A stretch of 62,000 bases of DNA from Callorhinchus milii (taxonomy: Eukaryota): contig NW_024704743.1 of the NCBI RefSeq assembly GCF_018977255.1, forward strand, positions 2,108,001 to 2,170,000. The letters are read 5' to 3'. The stretch's first letter is position 1. Each line of letters opens with the position of its first letter. A program made the position numbers and the translations under genes. The notes under the pieces were generated by a model, which had not been told where the DNA came from, did not search any database, and saw only the letters and a list, made by a program, of their open reading frames with translations. Positions 38,123-50,000 of the stretch are shown piece after piece.

Positions 38123-39344
38123 AGTATCCTGAAAAAGTATCCTGAAGACACTGGAGAAGAGCTTGTTAGTTACTTGCAGCTCTGTTGGTCTTCTACATCA
38201 CCATTTTCAAAAGCCTTAATCGGGAATGAGAAGTGTGTCAGGTCATTGTTTTGAAAATAGGTCTTATACAGCCAAGCTCATTTCTGAGGTCAAAAAAGAC
38301 AGTTTCATATAGCAACTTCAGCTCTCCTTATAAGTAATTTGCACAGATGCAGCAGCATGTCTGATGAAAAGGTTATCTCCAACACCACTGAGAATCTGTC
38401 AGTTCAATGTTTGCTTTTTCCTCTTCTTCCATGAATAGGTTTACAGTATTGAACGATTCAAAACAACAAATGATCACTGTTCCTCTGGAAACACAGTGTA
38501 CTGTACAGGGAGATCTTTGTCATTGACTTCAATCAGCTGTTGGATTGTCTGTGGTACAGTGCATGTAGTTCACAATTTCCAAAACAATCTTCATGATGTG
38601 TTCGAAATTTGGAGCCCAAATCTGTTTCTGACGATTGTTGTAATTTAACATTTAGAATTCAAGGAATCCATCAGCAGCTTCACAGAGTTCCACAAACCCA
38701 TTTACATTTACTGACTCTCCATTTACCGATCCTTACCGACACTCCATCCATAACAGCGATAGTATGTTTCTGTGGAGGCAGCTTGGCTTTCAGGTTTGTT
38801 TGATAGCCATAGCTGAGATCTTTCTTTCAGTAGCACAAGGAATCCAAAATGTGATAATAGCTAACACTGGTGAATCTTTTCTTGTGTGTTTAAATATAAA
38901 AATGTTGCCGCTATATCACGTTGTGCTCCAAATCAGAGATATGATAATAAGCTAAACTGAGGATTGGGAACAAAATATACATTCAATTCACTTTACAGTA
39001 TATTCTGTGAAGCGCTTTGAGATGTTAAGAAGACATGATGAGGTGCTATATCAAATGCAAGAATTATTATTATTAATAATATCATGAAATTCATCTAATC
39101 CAGCACTTTATATTTGTACATTTCAGTTCTGGCTGTCTAAATGCAATTGTACATTGTTGTGCTATGAGGTGAGATAGCTATGTGTCTGAATTTTTTTTTG
39201 CAGTTGATTGTTTTTTGGCCATAGACTTGATACAACATCACTGTAAATTACATTCAGAGCAAGGCTCGTTTTACGATTAACATACCTGAGCATTTGATAT
39301 GATACTCAATATACAATCTTAGGAACTGGTCTTATTTTTTATAA

Positions 39345-39510
39345 AGGATTATTACCCCCAGAAAAGTGATCCGCCAATCAACTACTGCTGGGTAAATAGA
39401 GGTGTGTGAAGTAAGGAAACTTGGCCAACGTTTCATCCTGCCCAGGAATCGAACCCAGATCCTTTCGCTTGTATGGCGAGTGCTCTAACCACTGAGCTAC
39501 AGGACTCCAC
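39345..39510 (-). mobile_element. tRNA-derived SINE
   Basis: Minus strand reads gtggagtcctgtagctcagtggttagagcactcgccatacaagcgaaaggatctgggttcgattcctgggcaggatgaaacgttggccaagtttcc. A head-only copy lies on + at ~50495-50581. Confidence 0.85.
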
Positions 39511-39680
39511 ACTGTTATTATTCTTATACAGTGCCTTTCAAATAAAATGATGTCTTGAAGTGCTTAACAATTATAAAAGGGGGTACTGTGTTGGCAGAAA
39601 AGGGTTGACCAAAAGCATGGTTGAAAGATTCTTAAGAGGATTTTGAAGACAGGAAGAAGGGATGGGAGGCAAAGAGGTTT

Positions 39681-39975
39681 GAACAACAACAGCAGCAAAA
39701 TTACATTTGTATAGCGCCTTTCACGTCGGGAGGAAGTCCCAGGGTGCTGGACAATCGATATTTCGGATCCGAGCTGGGGCTCGGGATTGGGAAAGCCGGA
39801 GCGCAGGGGGAGGACGGTAATCAAAAGCATGGTCAAAGAAGAGGGTCTTGAGATGGGTCTTGAAGGAGGCAAGGGAGAGGATGAGGCGGAGGGATTGAGG
39901 GATGGAGTTCGAAAGGATGAAGAGAGCTCTAAATGGCTGAAGGATCGGCACCAATGTTGTGACGGAGGGAGTGAG
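39681..39975 (-). mobile_element. L2 LINE 3' end
   Basis: NSIPQSLRL...ASFKTHLKTLFFDHAF plus the shared 3' tail. Confidence 0.85.
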
Positions 39976-40432
39976 GAACAAACAACAGAAAAGGACTTTA
40001 ATTTTGTTTGTACCAAAAATCATGGCACAACACATTAGAGTTTCAAGCTAAGAAAACTGTACCAAATGCCATTATATGTCAGCTGAGGTTTGATCATACA
40101 CTGTATTCTACAAAAGACACTATTAAAGTATCAGCTAAGCTGACAGGCTGACTCAAACTCTAGTTTCGAACTTGCCAAGGTTAGATGATTGCTAACAGTG
40201 AGATGGATTTCCAAGCCACTGAAGTCAATAGAGCTGTGTTTTTAAAATGAGACAGTATAGTTGCATTTTATTTTTCACAAAATCAGTAAGTCTTGACAGG
40301 ACTATTAATCAGTGGTTTCCATGTACAGCAGTTCACTGTCATATTGGCAAATGTAGAAGGTGCTATGTCATGTTAGTATCATTACTGCGAAAAAAAACCT
40401 CATGAATAGATTGCAGGAAAAAAGCTGGCCTC

Positions 40433-41240
40433 TAGCTGGGGGTTGGGATCAGGAGGGGTGGAGGGCAGGGAGGGTAGCAGTAGGAGGGTGACCAAAGGCG
40501 CAGTCGAAGAGGAGGGTCTTGGCATGGAACTTGAAAAAGGCAAGGAAAGGCCAAGGGTCTGTGGGGTAGAGTTCTAAACAGTGGGGGCAGAGAGGCTGAA
40601 GGCCTGACAACCACGTAATTGGGTGGAATTCCTCCCCCCCCCCCATAAATTAAACAGAATATACATTGAAATGTATAAGAACACATTAACTTAAATTTTT
40701 AAATAAAAATATGGGCTGAAAAATGCAATGTTTCTTTAAAAAAATTACATTATTGAGTCTGTTAAGAATCATCTCAATTTCAGTGCATTCAAATAACTCA
40801 GGTGGAGTGTGCATTCCATGTAGATTGGTGCTGTCAGCTCCTGAGGTGAGAAGGCAACTAACTTGAGCCAAGCAGGAGAGCAGGCAATCAGTCAGAACTG
40901 CAATGATCCTGGAATCGAGGGTGGAGGCAGAGAGATGGAGTTGGGTGTCATCTGTATACAATGTGGAAGTTAACCCCATCACCAAGCGGGAGCATGTTTA
41001 CATTGAAGAGAGGACCAAGGTTAGAGTCCCAAGGAAAGCCACACATGATGGTGGGCAGCGGGAGGAGAAGGCTTTGGCAGATATGAAGTGGTCGACGTGG
41101 GGATTGGTAAGAATGAAACCAGGCAAAGGCAGAACCATGACTGTGGCGAAGAGTAGAATGGTCGACAGTGCCAAAGGCAGCAGAGAGGTCAAGAAAGACG
41201 ACGAGGCAGAAAGAGCCCTGGTCACGGTGGAGAAAATGAC
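40433..41240 (-). mobile_element. Decayed L2 LINE RT fragments (interrupted ~40620-40800)
   Basis: Translations FLDLSAAFGTVDHS and YTDDTQLHLS (ORFs 40948..41280 and 40686..40985), plus 3' L2 sequence at 40433-40615. Confidence 0.8.
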
Positions 41241-41269
41241 ATTTATTATAACAGCAACAACAACAACAA

Positions 41270-41934
41270 CAATAATCCATCCAACTCGACGCAGCGCCTG
41301 ATCGCGTCTTCCAGACGCCTCAAAAGCGCTTTCTCGGGGGACGAGCGCCGTAGAGCGAATCGACCGACGTTTATTATTTGTTTGAAAAAAAAACTTTTTT
41401 TTTTGGGGGGGGGGGGCAGGAAACATGGTGATGATGATGAGGATGAGGATGATGATGAGGATGAGTAGTAGTAGTGGGTTAGTGGTGGTGTTGTGGACCA
41501 TGTGGGTGGTGGTGGCTGTGGCTGGCCAGTGCGCATGCTCCGACCCGCCGAGGCCTCCAGTATCCCGTCATCCTCGGCGGTGCGGAGAGGAGGCGGGAGA
41601 GAGAGAGAGAGACGGCGCCGCCGCCGCCATGTTGTGACTCGCGCGCGCTCTCTCTCTCTCGTTCTCCACTGGATTATTATTATTATTATTATCATCATTG
41701 TTATTTTTTTTTTGGTTTGTCCTTCGCTTTCCTCACCTCCCGCTCCACCCACCCACCCACGCTGAGTGTGAGAGAGCAGAGCAGAGGAGAGGATAAGTGG
41801 GGCCTGTGGTGTAAGAGCGGCTCCCACAGTCAACTGACTGAGAGACTCTGAGGAAGAAGGAGCGACACAGACACGGACAGACAGACACACACACACACAC
41901 AGAGGCCATGGCCGGCAAGGCGCAAGGTACGTTC

Positions 41935-41978
<44 letters not shown>

Positions 41979-42100
41979 GGGAGGGAGGGCGAGAGACGCT
42001 CAGGGTAAACGACTCGAGAGCAACAACAAGTCCAGCAGCACGAGCACAGCGGGAGGGAGGGACGCTGGCCTGAGGGGGGGGTGGGGTGGGAGAGGCGGGG
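41270..42100 (+). promoter_or_regulatory. CpG-island promoter and first exon region of RBM33
   Basis: CpG-dense, with NRF1-like TGCGCATGCTC at 41530-41540 and YY1-type GCCGCCATGTTG at 41623-41634. Contains the RBM33 start codon. Confidence 0.75.
41908..41926 (+). CDS. RBM33: RNA-binding motif protein 33, coding exon 1
   Basis: gaggccATGG Kozak context; MAGKAQ + G, then a GTACGT donor. Phase 1 matches exon 2. Confidence 0.75.
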
Positions 42101-42380
42101 AGGGGGAGAGGCCTGGGGGGGGGAGAGGCCTGGGGGGGGGAGAGGCCTGGGGGGGGGAGGGGGAGAGCCTGGGGGGGAGAGGCCTGGGGGGGAGAGGCCT
42201 GGGGGGGAGAGGCCTGGGGGGGGGGGGAGAGGCCTGGGGGGGGGAGAGGCCTGGGGGGGTGGGGGGAGGGAGAGGGAGAGGCCTGAGGAGGAGGCAAAGG
42301 CCTGAGGGAGGGAGAGGCCTGAGGAGGGGGGAGAGGGAGAGGCCTGTGGGGGGGTGGGAGGAGGGAGAGGCCCGGGGGTT
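42065..42380 (+). repeat. G-rich (GnAGAGGCCT) tandem repeat in RBM33 intron 1
   Basis: More than 10 copies of agaggcct separated by G runs. Explains the PPQAS/GGERP pseudo-ORFs in the ORF track. Confidence 0.95.
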
Positions 42381-42819
42381 GGATGAGGGAAGGAGGCGGG
42401 CAAAAAAGAAATAACGAAAACACTCTGAGCTTTTCATAGACAAGAAATGAAAACAAATTATATATTTTTTAAAATGTATTTATTTTTGTGTGTGTGTGTG
42501 TGGTGGTGGGGGGGGGGAGGGGGGCGGAAGAGGGAGAAAAAAAACCCGAGGCCAAACCTCCCAAAGTCTGCGTGAGCGATAAACAAGAGCAGAGACCTCA
42601 AGTCAAGTCAGTGAGTGAGTGAGTCCAAATGGGAGCAGAGGCCTCTGACTGCAGCCTCAAGGCTTCAAGTCAGTGAGTCGGTGGCCATGACCCCCCCCGC
42701 CCAGGGTGTCACCACACCTCTACCTTCCTCACTGGGGGAGAGAGAGGCGGGGAGGCCATGGTTCTTTGGGTGGGTGAAGCAAGCGCTCGTTTGATGCAAC
42801 AGCAACCAAATAACTAATT

Positions 42820-43085
42820 GGCCGTCAGGGCTTTCAGCCTCTCTGCCCCAACACTCTTATCCTGCAATCCCTCCTCCGCCTGATCCAACCTCAGCCTTGC
42901 TTGTCTCCCTTCAAGTCCTGTCCAAAGTCCTTCCTCTTCGACAGTGCTTGCGGCCACCCCTGTCATCCACCCCTCCTGACCCCCCCCCCCCAATTCCCAG
43001 CTGGGGGTTCAAAACCCCCGATTGTCCAGTACCCTGGGACGTCTTTTTGTTGTGAAGGGCGCTATACAAGTGTCATTTGTGGTTG
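42820..43085 (+). mobile_element. L2 LINE 3' end
   Basis: SPFKSCPKSFLFDSACGHP plus the shared tail. Followed directly by a SINE. Confidence 0.8.
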
Positions 43086-43099
43086 TAATAAATAATAAT

Positions 43100-43267
43100 C
43101 TGGTCACTCAATCCATGACTGTTTGTGGGACACTGCTGTGCATAATTGGCTGTTGCGTCTCACCTACAAAATAGACGGTCGATTCACTCTACAGTATATT
43201 CTGTGAAGCGCTTTGAGACTTGACAATGTGATAAGATGCTATATCAAATGCAAGGAATATTATTATT
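43100..43267 (+). mobile_element. Family A SINE
   Basis: Same body and tail as the other family A copies. Confidence 0.85.
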
Positions 43268-43394
43268 TTGGATATCAAGGCTTTAGAGCACCCGTAGCCA
43301 ACCTTTATGGTTGGCCAGCAAAATCAATTTTCTTCTTTGAATATTTCTAGACTTATGCCATAAATTGAGAAAAACTGGAAACACACTTTTAAAT

Positions 43395-44150
43395 AACAAC
43401 AAGAAAATTACATTGGTAAAGCTCCTTTCACGTTGGGAGGACGTCCCAAAGGTGCTGAACAGTTGGGAAGCAGGACCTGAGCGTAGTGGGGCAGGATTGG
43501 GATGAGGGAGGGTGGAGAGGTAGGAGGGCGGCTGAAGGCACGGTTGGAAAGGAACCTCTTGAGTCGTGCCTTGAAGGAGGCAAGAGAGGGAGGAAGGCAC
43601 AGGGATTGTGGGCTGGAGTTCCAAAGGGTGAGGGCAGAGAGGCTGAAAGCCCAGCTGCCGATGGTAGGCTGGGTCGGAAGGGAGACATGGAGCAGGTCGG
43701 AGCCTGCTGAACGGAGGGAGCGGACAGGTTGATAGGACGTCAGCAGGTTAGAGAGGTAGGAGGGGGCAAAGCCGTGGAGGACCTTGAAAGCGAGGCGAGG
43801 ATTTTGAATTTTATCCTATGGGGAATGGGTAGCCAGTGGACCGGGTGAGGGTGATGGGATCACGGAGCCTGGTGCGGGAGAGGACACAAGCTGTAGAGTT
43901 CTGGATGATCTGCAGCTTGTGGAAGCAAGAGTTGGGAGGCCAACAAGGAGAGAGTTTCCGTAGTCGAGCCTTGAGGTGATGATTGCGTGTCTGAGGGTTT
44001 CGGCGGCCTGAGGGGTGAGGCAGTCGCGGAGTCGTGCAATATTATGGAGGTGAGGGAAAGTAGAGCGGGTCATGGCACGGCTATGGGGGAGAAAGCAAAA
44101 GCACAGTTGAGTGTCGGACAAGATGCCCAGGTTTCTAACTGGTGAGGTGG
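43395..44150 (-). mobile_element. L2-clade LINE 3' fragment
   Basis: ORF 43816..44199 contains VRNLGILSDTQL...HAIITSRLDYGNSLLVGLP. Same 3' tail as the 37 kb copy. Confidence 0.88.
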
Positions 44151-44949
44151 AAGCAGCATCACCGAGGCTAGTTCTTGTTGTTGGCCCCCTGCAAACCAAG
44201 GATTGGCCCCCACTGCTTTAGAGATTGAATGTATTCCTACTGCTCTTCCTCCTTCATTTTGTATTCGAAAGAGTCTCAAAACTCCTGAAAGCACTTTACA
44301 GTAATTAGTTGATTTTTCTGAACTGTTTGGATTATTGAAAATGTTATCAAAGAAGTGGGGATTGTATTTTGTTCACACACTTGGTGGTGAGTGGTTTGGC
44401 AAGTCCTATGATCTACAATTGCGTTCGGCATTGCTGGGAAACCACTGGCCAGTCTATCTTCTGTGTCGAGAGGCCAACCCTTGAACTAGGTCAGGATACT
44501 GACCCTGTGGTATGGTGGTGAATGTCAGTTTAGAGCTATCGGTGTGCCTTGTGTTATGAGTGATCATGCCAAGGTACTCTGCCACACAAGCAGTATTGAT
44601 GACCGTGAAGCATGGGACCAATTTTGTGTGAGGGCTGACAGTGCGGACTCGATGACTGACGTTATAGCCGAGGACTTTCTTGCTTCTGTAACCAACAGGC
44701 CGTAGTGGAGATCCATCTAACCAAGCTAAAGCTACGGCCAGAAAGGCACTCATTCCTGAAGCAGGACCCTGTCAAAGTAACCACTAAGGGAAAGAGCCAT
44801 TAGAAGAAACCAAAGGCCTTTAAAGCAGTTTAGGAAACTTTCTTGGAGCAAGCTAAAACTGCTCTAAAAATAACACGGCACAAAGCCAGCAAAGTTATTA
44901 GAGAAATCAGTCGGTATCAAAGGATTACATCACCCCAGGAGGAGGTGAA

Positions 44950-45465
44950 GTGCAGAAGAACGATCCCAAATTTTCCTTCCGCTGGCTGAAGTTTGGCATT
45001 GGTCAGGGCCAGAGGCCCCCTCCAGTGTTGGGACAAGTCCGGTGTTCTACAACAGACTGATGAGGAAGCATTATGTGGATTTGGTGTCTGACCCAATAGG
45101 CCGTAGCAGAAATCCATCTGCATGGAGGATGAAACAAATGGCCGGGTGGGATGTGTGGAACAAATTGAAGGTCTTAACGACTCAAAACATTGGGAGGAGC
45201 TGGACTCTGCGCTGCTGTGCCTTGATAATGGCAAGACAGCAGGTGTGGACGGTTTTAATGCTAAGTTCCTAAAGGCTGGTGGGAGGGTGGTGGAAGGGGG
45301 TTGTGTATGATGGGAGGGTTAGGGTTAGTGAATGTTGAGTAACTTTCAGATCCAGTCCAGGATCCTTCAACTGACCCTCCTCATGCTGGTGAACAGCACT
45401 ACTGAGGCATGCACTCCATCAGTGTTCCAGAGTGCAGTTGTGGTTTCTATTCATAAAGGCTTGGG
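44950..45465 (+). mobile_element. Non-LTR retrotransposon fragment (pre-RT region, RTE-like)
   Basis: WEELDSALLCLDNGKTAGVDGFNAKFLKAGG (ORF 45122..45310) resembles the K(A/S)xGxDG motif preceding RT. SAVVVSIHKG follows at ~45431-45460. Confidence 0.65.
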
Positions 45466-47356
45466 TTGATCCAAGCTGGATAAGCAGTGGGAAAGCTTGC
45501 CAGACAGTGCTGTCAACAGCAAGCTATGTGGTTTAGCTGGTTGGACTCCAGCAGTCCCCATCTCCCCTCCCCCTCCCCCATACACACACACACAAACTTT
45601 GGGGTCCCTAAGGGTAGGCTCTTGACAGCTATTAGCATATGCTTTCCGGAATTAGTTAAGTATGATGGCTCCTTCCAGGGAGAAGTGCGCATTCATTCCA
45701 TTCAAATAAAGATCAAGAATTTACCTGTAAAGGTGGGATGAATGGAGCTGCTCTTAAACATGTTGATGTGTTTAAGCGTGTGTCAGCCAACTGGCTGACC
45801 AAAGAAAATGCAAATTCTGTTGTATTATATCACTTATCAGATGTACTTTGATCTTTCCCTTCAGACTTATTTGCAATCCATTTCCATCTCAAATGATTTT
45901 TTTCCTGGGATCCAGCTTGTCCCATGTCTTGATGACTTTGGCTGACAAATGTTTACTTTCTACTCTTGTTTCGCTGACAAAATGTACAGTCAATTCATTT
46001 TGCAGTATATTCTGTGAAGTGCTTTGAGACATCTCAAAGACATGATAAGGCTCTGTATCAATTGCAAGGATTATTATTATTGTTTACTTGGCCTTCCACT
46101 GGATTTGTTTCTCTCTGTCCTCTTGATCTTCCATATTTATATACGGTATGAAGTGCTTTGGGGTGTCCTGAAATGAAATGTGCTGTACCAAATTCAAGGA
46201 TTATTATTTTATAATTCCTCCACCTTGCACCCTCTCTCCCTGCATTTAAAAACCTTGATTTTAAAAAAATCTGACGAAGCTGGTGGTCATCTTTGGGATT
46301 TTGCACGAATTGGCTTCCCCGTTGCCCACAAGACACTCGCTTTGGTATGTCTTCTTGACATGAAAGGCGCAGGATCAAAGATTATTATTGTCTACCTCTT
46401 ACTCGTGCCTCCTTCCGACTGTAAAGTGCTTTGAGATGTTCTCTAATGCAAAAATCACTTTAGGAGTTCAAGTTATTTTCTAAATTACCCTATAGTTACT
46501 CTTTTAATGTAAGCGGCTATTGAGGTTTCTATCCAGGTTTCTATCAAGGCACCATGAGTCTCGCAGCAGTCGAGTACAGAGAAGATGCATTATATAGTCT
46601 GCAAAAGATTCAGTGCTTCACAACATGATCAAATGAAAAGTGACACCAAAGTCAAATGATCTCAACACTAAGTATTAATTCTGTGGATCATTTGTCATTC
46701 AGCAAATAGTCTTCGAGCACCCTTAGGCTTCTTGACAGTTCCAGTCACAAAAGGATTGTTTCTTGAGTTGAAATGTTCTCTACTGTTACGCATACTAGGT
46801 CTATACTGATTTTCATTAAAGGTTTATTTTAAAAATATATTAATATAAACTTGTTTTTAGTTACTGTATATCTGAGCTGAGATAAATGTCAATTTGACAG
46901 TTGTAGATTCTTTCACAAAGAGATGGTTGTGAAGACCACTGGTGAGCAGTCACTCATTTTACAATGTATTTTGAAAAAAGCAAAATTTATTCTGAAGACA
47001 TCTTGTGAGGCATTGTAATTAAATTATTAGAATTTCACTTGCGCATAACTCAGGTATTATTTTCATATTACCTCACTAACCCAAGTTTTCATGACTCATA
47101 ATTTAAGTCCAATTGTTTTCAAAAGCATGTACAAAGGACAGATATTTTATTACCACATATCGTGTATCTGCTTCGTGAATCTATTATGGACTCCATAATT
47201 TATGGCTGATTTGAAGCCTTTGGAATTCCTCCTATCATACAATTTATTTTAATCATTTGTTGTACAAATACCCTATTGTTCATAGGTCTTACTTTCAAAA
47301 TTATTTGGTGGAAGTGAGCATGCATTTTTATGGATACCAAATAGTGAAGTAATAAT

Positions 47357-47456
47357 CATAATAATCCTTGCATTTGATATTGCGCCTTATCACGTCTTTG
47401 AGACGTTTTATAGCGCTTCATATGATATACTGTAAAGTGAATCTTTTGTGGGCAAA
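47357..47456 (-). mobile_element. Family A SINE 3' fragment
   Basis: taatccttgcatttgatattgcgccttatcacgtctttgagacg... Other minus copies at ~26533-26635, 27872-27975 and 28685-28780. Confidence 0.8.
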
Positions 47457-47726
47457 ACAAAATATAATTTTCAGTTTTAAAAAAAACAGGGAAATACTTG
47501 GGAGTAAAACCAGAGAAACAAACAAGCATAGTAGTGCTTTATTGCGAATGAAAATCGGGCGTTTTAGTTGGTTAATATCATATTATTTTTAGGTTTGGGG
47601 TGGCTTTTAATCCAGTTGAGTCAGCTTTGGTATAACAACAAATAAAGAGAAAATTTGTGTTTCTAACATTTGTATATGGTGCAGACATTACATTGTTCAA
47701 TAATACTTTGGTTGTTCTTTCTATAG

Positions 47727-47805
47727 AGGATGAATTTGACCAAGTTGATAAACCTGGTGCTGAGCGATCTCGGAGAAGACGAACTGAAAACGATGATTGG
47801 GAGAG
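47727..47805 (+). CDS. RBM33: RBM33 coding exon 2
   Basis: Acceptor ttctttctatag and donor gtaact; 79 nt. Encodes (E)DEFDQVDKPGAERSRRRRTENDDWE(S), matching the vertebrate RBM33 N-terminus (DDFDQFDKPGAERSWRRR). Confidence 0.95.
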
Positions 47806-49896
47806 GTAACTCAATAACATGTTCATTTATTACAATATTAATATACATCATCTACAATGTATTATGTATTTATGTTAATGACCAAACAGGGATAGAAATA
47901 TAATTTAGAATAGAGCTCAAGGTAAATAAGAGATTTGTGGCCAGGCTTAAAAATTGCTAGACTCATTTAGCTCCTCCAGTTGTAAGCCCATTTTCTCAGT
48001 GCTATTGATAATCACTATTTAAAGAAAAAAAATGTAATCGATCTTAAGGAGGTAATAGTTTCTCCTTTAAACTTTGTGGAGGATAATCACTGGGTGCAAC
48101 TGCTTTAACATATCTTTCTGCTGCTGTTTGACATTTGTGGTCTTAGGAACTCCTCCTTTGACCTGCTGCTGAAAGTTCTGATCAGTGATCATCTACTGTT
48201 TATTGCCATTATTTCCAAGGCTAATTGAGCATTCTAGTTTCGAATGTTTGCAGACGGTCTGCAGCTCAGGAGGTGGCAAATTGGTCTGTACTGGTAGTGG
48301 AACGTTTTGTTGTTCTGCTTGTGGATGTGAATGCCATTCCTAGTTACCCTGAGAAGGTGGTGGCTTTCTCTTAAAACCACTGCAGTCTTTGTAGCTGGCG
48401 GTCTTGCTGGTGGAGATAGATTATAGGAGGTTCCAGGATTTTGTCCCAGCGATGATGAAGGAATGCTGGTGTATACCCCAAGTCAGGATGATGAATGCCT
48501 TGGAGCGGTAGTATTCCAAAATCCTCTTTTCCATACTCTTCAATATTTTTCTCAAATATCTATCTGGATTTCTAATTTAACAACACCAGTTTTCAGTTTT
48601 TAAATAGTAAATTGCTATATACACAACATACACTGGGCGTTGTCTCAACATGATTTCATCAAATAATTGGATTAAATTATTCGATTACAACCTGGATTTT
48701 ACAGACCGACGCAGTATGTTTCTGATTAACCAATTGGGTTGACCAATTAACTGATCATCCAATGTCAGGACAACCTAAAAAGTAAAGTCTTAAGGTTAAA
48801 TTTTCAATTTCCTTCACGGCATTCATTTAGACTTATATCAATCTCATTGAAATCTTGGGAATATCTTAGTTTATTATGACAGTTTCTTGTCTTTGTGAAG
48901 TAAAAACAATGATGCAAGTAAATTTGATCATGTTAAACTCATGCTGTTGGTGCTGAGAACAGACCTGGACATTGTACAATATAAAATACAATGCAAAATT
49001 ATATTTGTATAGGGCCTTTCACGTCGGGAGGGTGTCTCAATGCACTCAAATTACTGTAATCTGAAGGTTGACTCTTATGATTGGGTTTTATAACTGCTGT
49101 ACGAGTTGTTAGCACACAGGATCAATGTCAAAACCTTGAAATCTTTAAATTGAGTTGAGATAATAGTAAGTTGACAGTGGTGCATAACACTCATGTCAAT
49201 GTCTCTTCATTTTGAATCATTAAGTCTTAGATTGCAATAAATGTAGAAAAGAATGGTCATACTATGTCTGTCTAATGGTGTTTCATAATGGTGGTGCCGT
49301 TTTAGCCACGGACATAAATATAAATCGTCATCATGGTCATGACACCTATCATTTTTCTAGCTCATGAGGTAGCAATAGTCATGGGTGGTTACATGAAGTG
49401 AACAGGCAAGACATCTGACAATTGGATATTGTTGTGCACTCAACCAGTGCTGATGTTTCCTGGCCTGGACATCTGGTTTTCTCGTAGAATTGATGTTAAC
49501 AATTCATGCTTGACGTTCACTTGCACACTACCTATGTATGCAACTGTCTGGCAGCTTGCCACTGCTTGTGCAGCTAGGACCATCCTAGCCATTTGGGCTT
49601 TTGCTCGCAGGGTTAACATTAGCCAAGTGGGAAGATACCCTGCTCCCAGTCTGCCCCTCACAAGTCGTGCCGACAAGCCACGTTGGCTGGTCTGTTATCT
49701 GCAGTACTTTAGAAAAATGCAAGGATTATTATCCCCCCAAGGAGCATAGTCTATGGTTAGTCATTTGGCATCTGACATCGCAGGTTTGAGCCCTTACTCG
49801 GTGGATAGCAGGTACCAGAAATTCTCTGCGAGCTTCCTGGAGAATATTAATAGCATCCTTCTGCCAGTACATTTTCCAAGACAAAATAGGTAGATG

Positions 49897-50000
49897 ATAA
49901 TAATAATAATAATCCTTGCATTTGGTGTAGCGCCTTATCACATCTTCGAGATGTCTCAAAGCACTTCACAGAATATACTGTAAAGTGAATTGACTGCGTA
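49897..50000 (-). mobile_element. Family A SINE 3' fragment
   Basis: (taa)n-tccttgcatttggtgtagcgccttatcacatcttcgagatgtctcaaagcacttcacagaatatactgtaaagtgaattgac. Confidence 0.82.

Larger units (their letters stand above)
36340..38850 (-). mobile_element. Fossil hAT (Charlie/SPIN-like) transposase, interrupted by a SINE and an L2
   Basis: Manual minus-strand translations, in the expected order: KLPPQKHTIAVMDGVSVRIGK (~38790-38722), NFEHIMKIVLEIVNYMH (~38610-38558), SLEITEVQEDDRLKA (~36645-36600), MICKSLYFTLKHVKPKNRFVATDT (~36504-36433). Confidence 0.7.

Noticed and set aside
39425..39510. Possible tRNA gene (also ~20300-20372 and 50495-50570)
   Set aside because: Box A and B are present, but no proper acceptor stem or poly-T terminator is evident. 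All copies run into the same SINE body, so these are SINE heads.
41246..42456. Long Pro/Gly-rich ORFs (385, 208 and 147 aa on -)
   Set aside because: They are stop-poor translations of the G-rich tandem repeat, microsatellites and CpG island, antisense to RBM33 exon 1.
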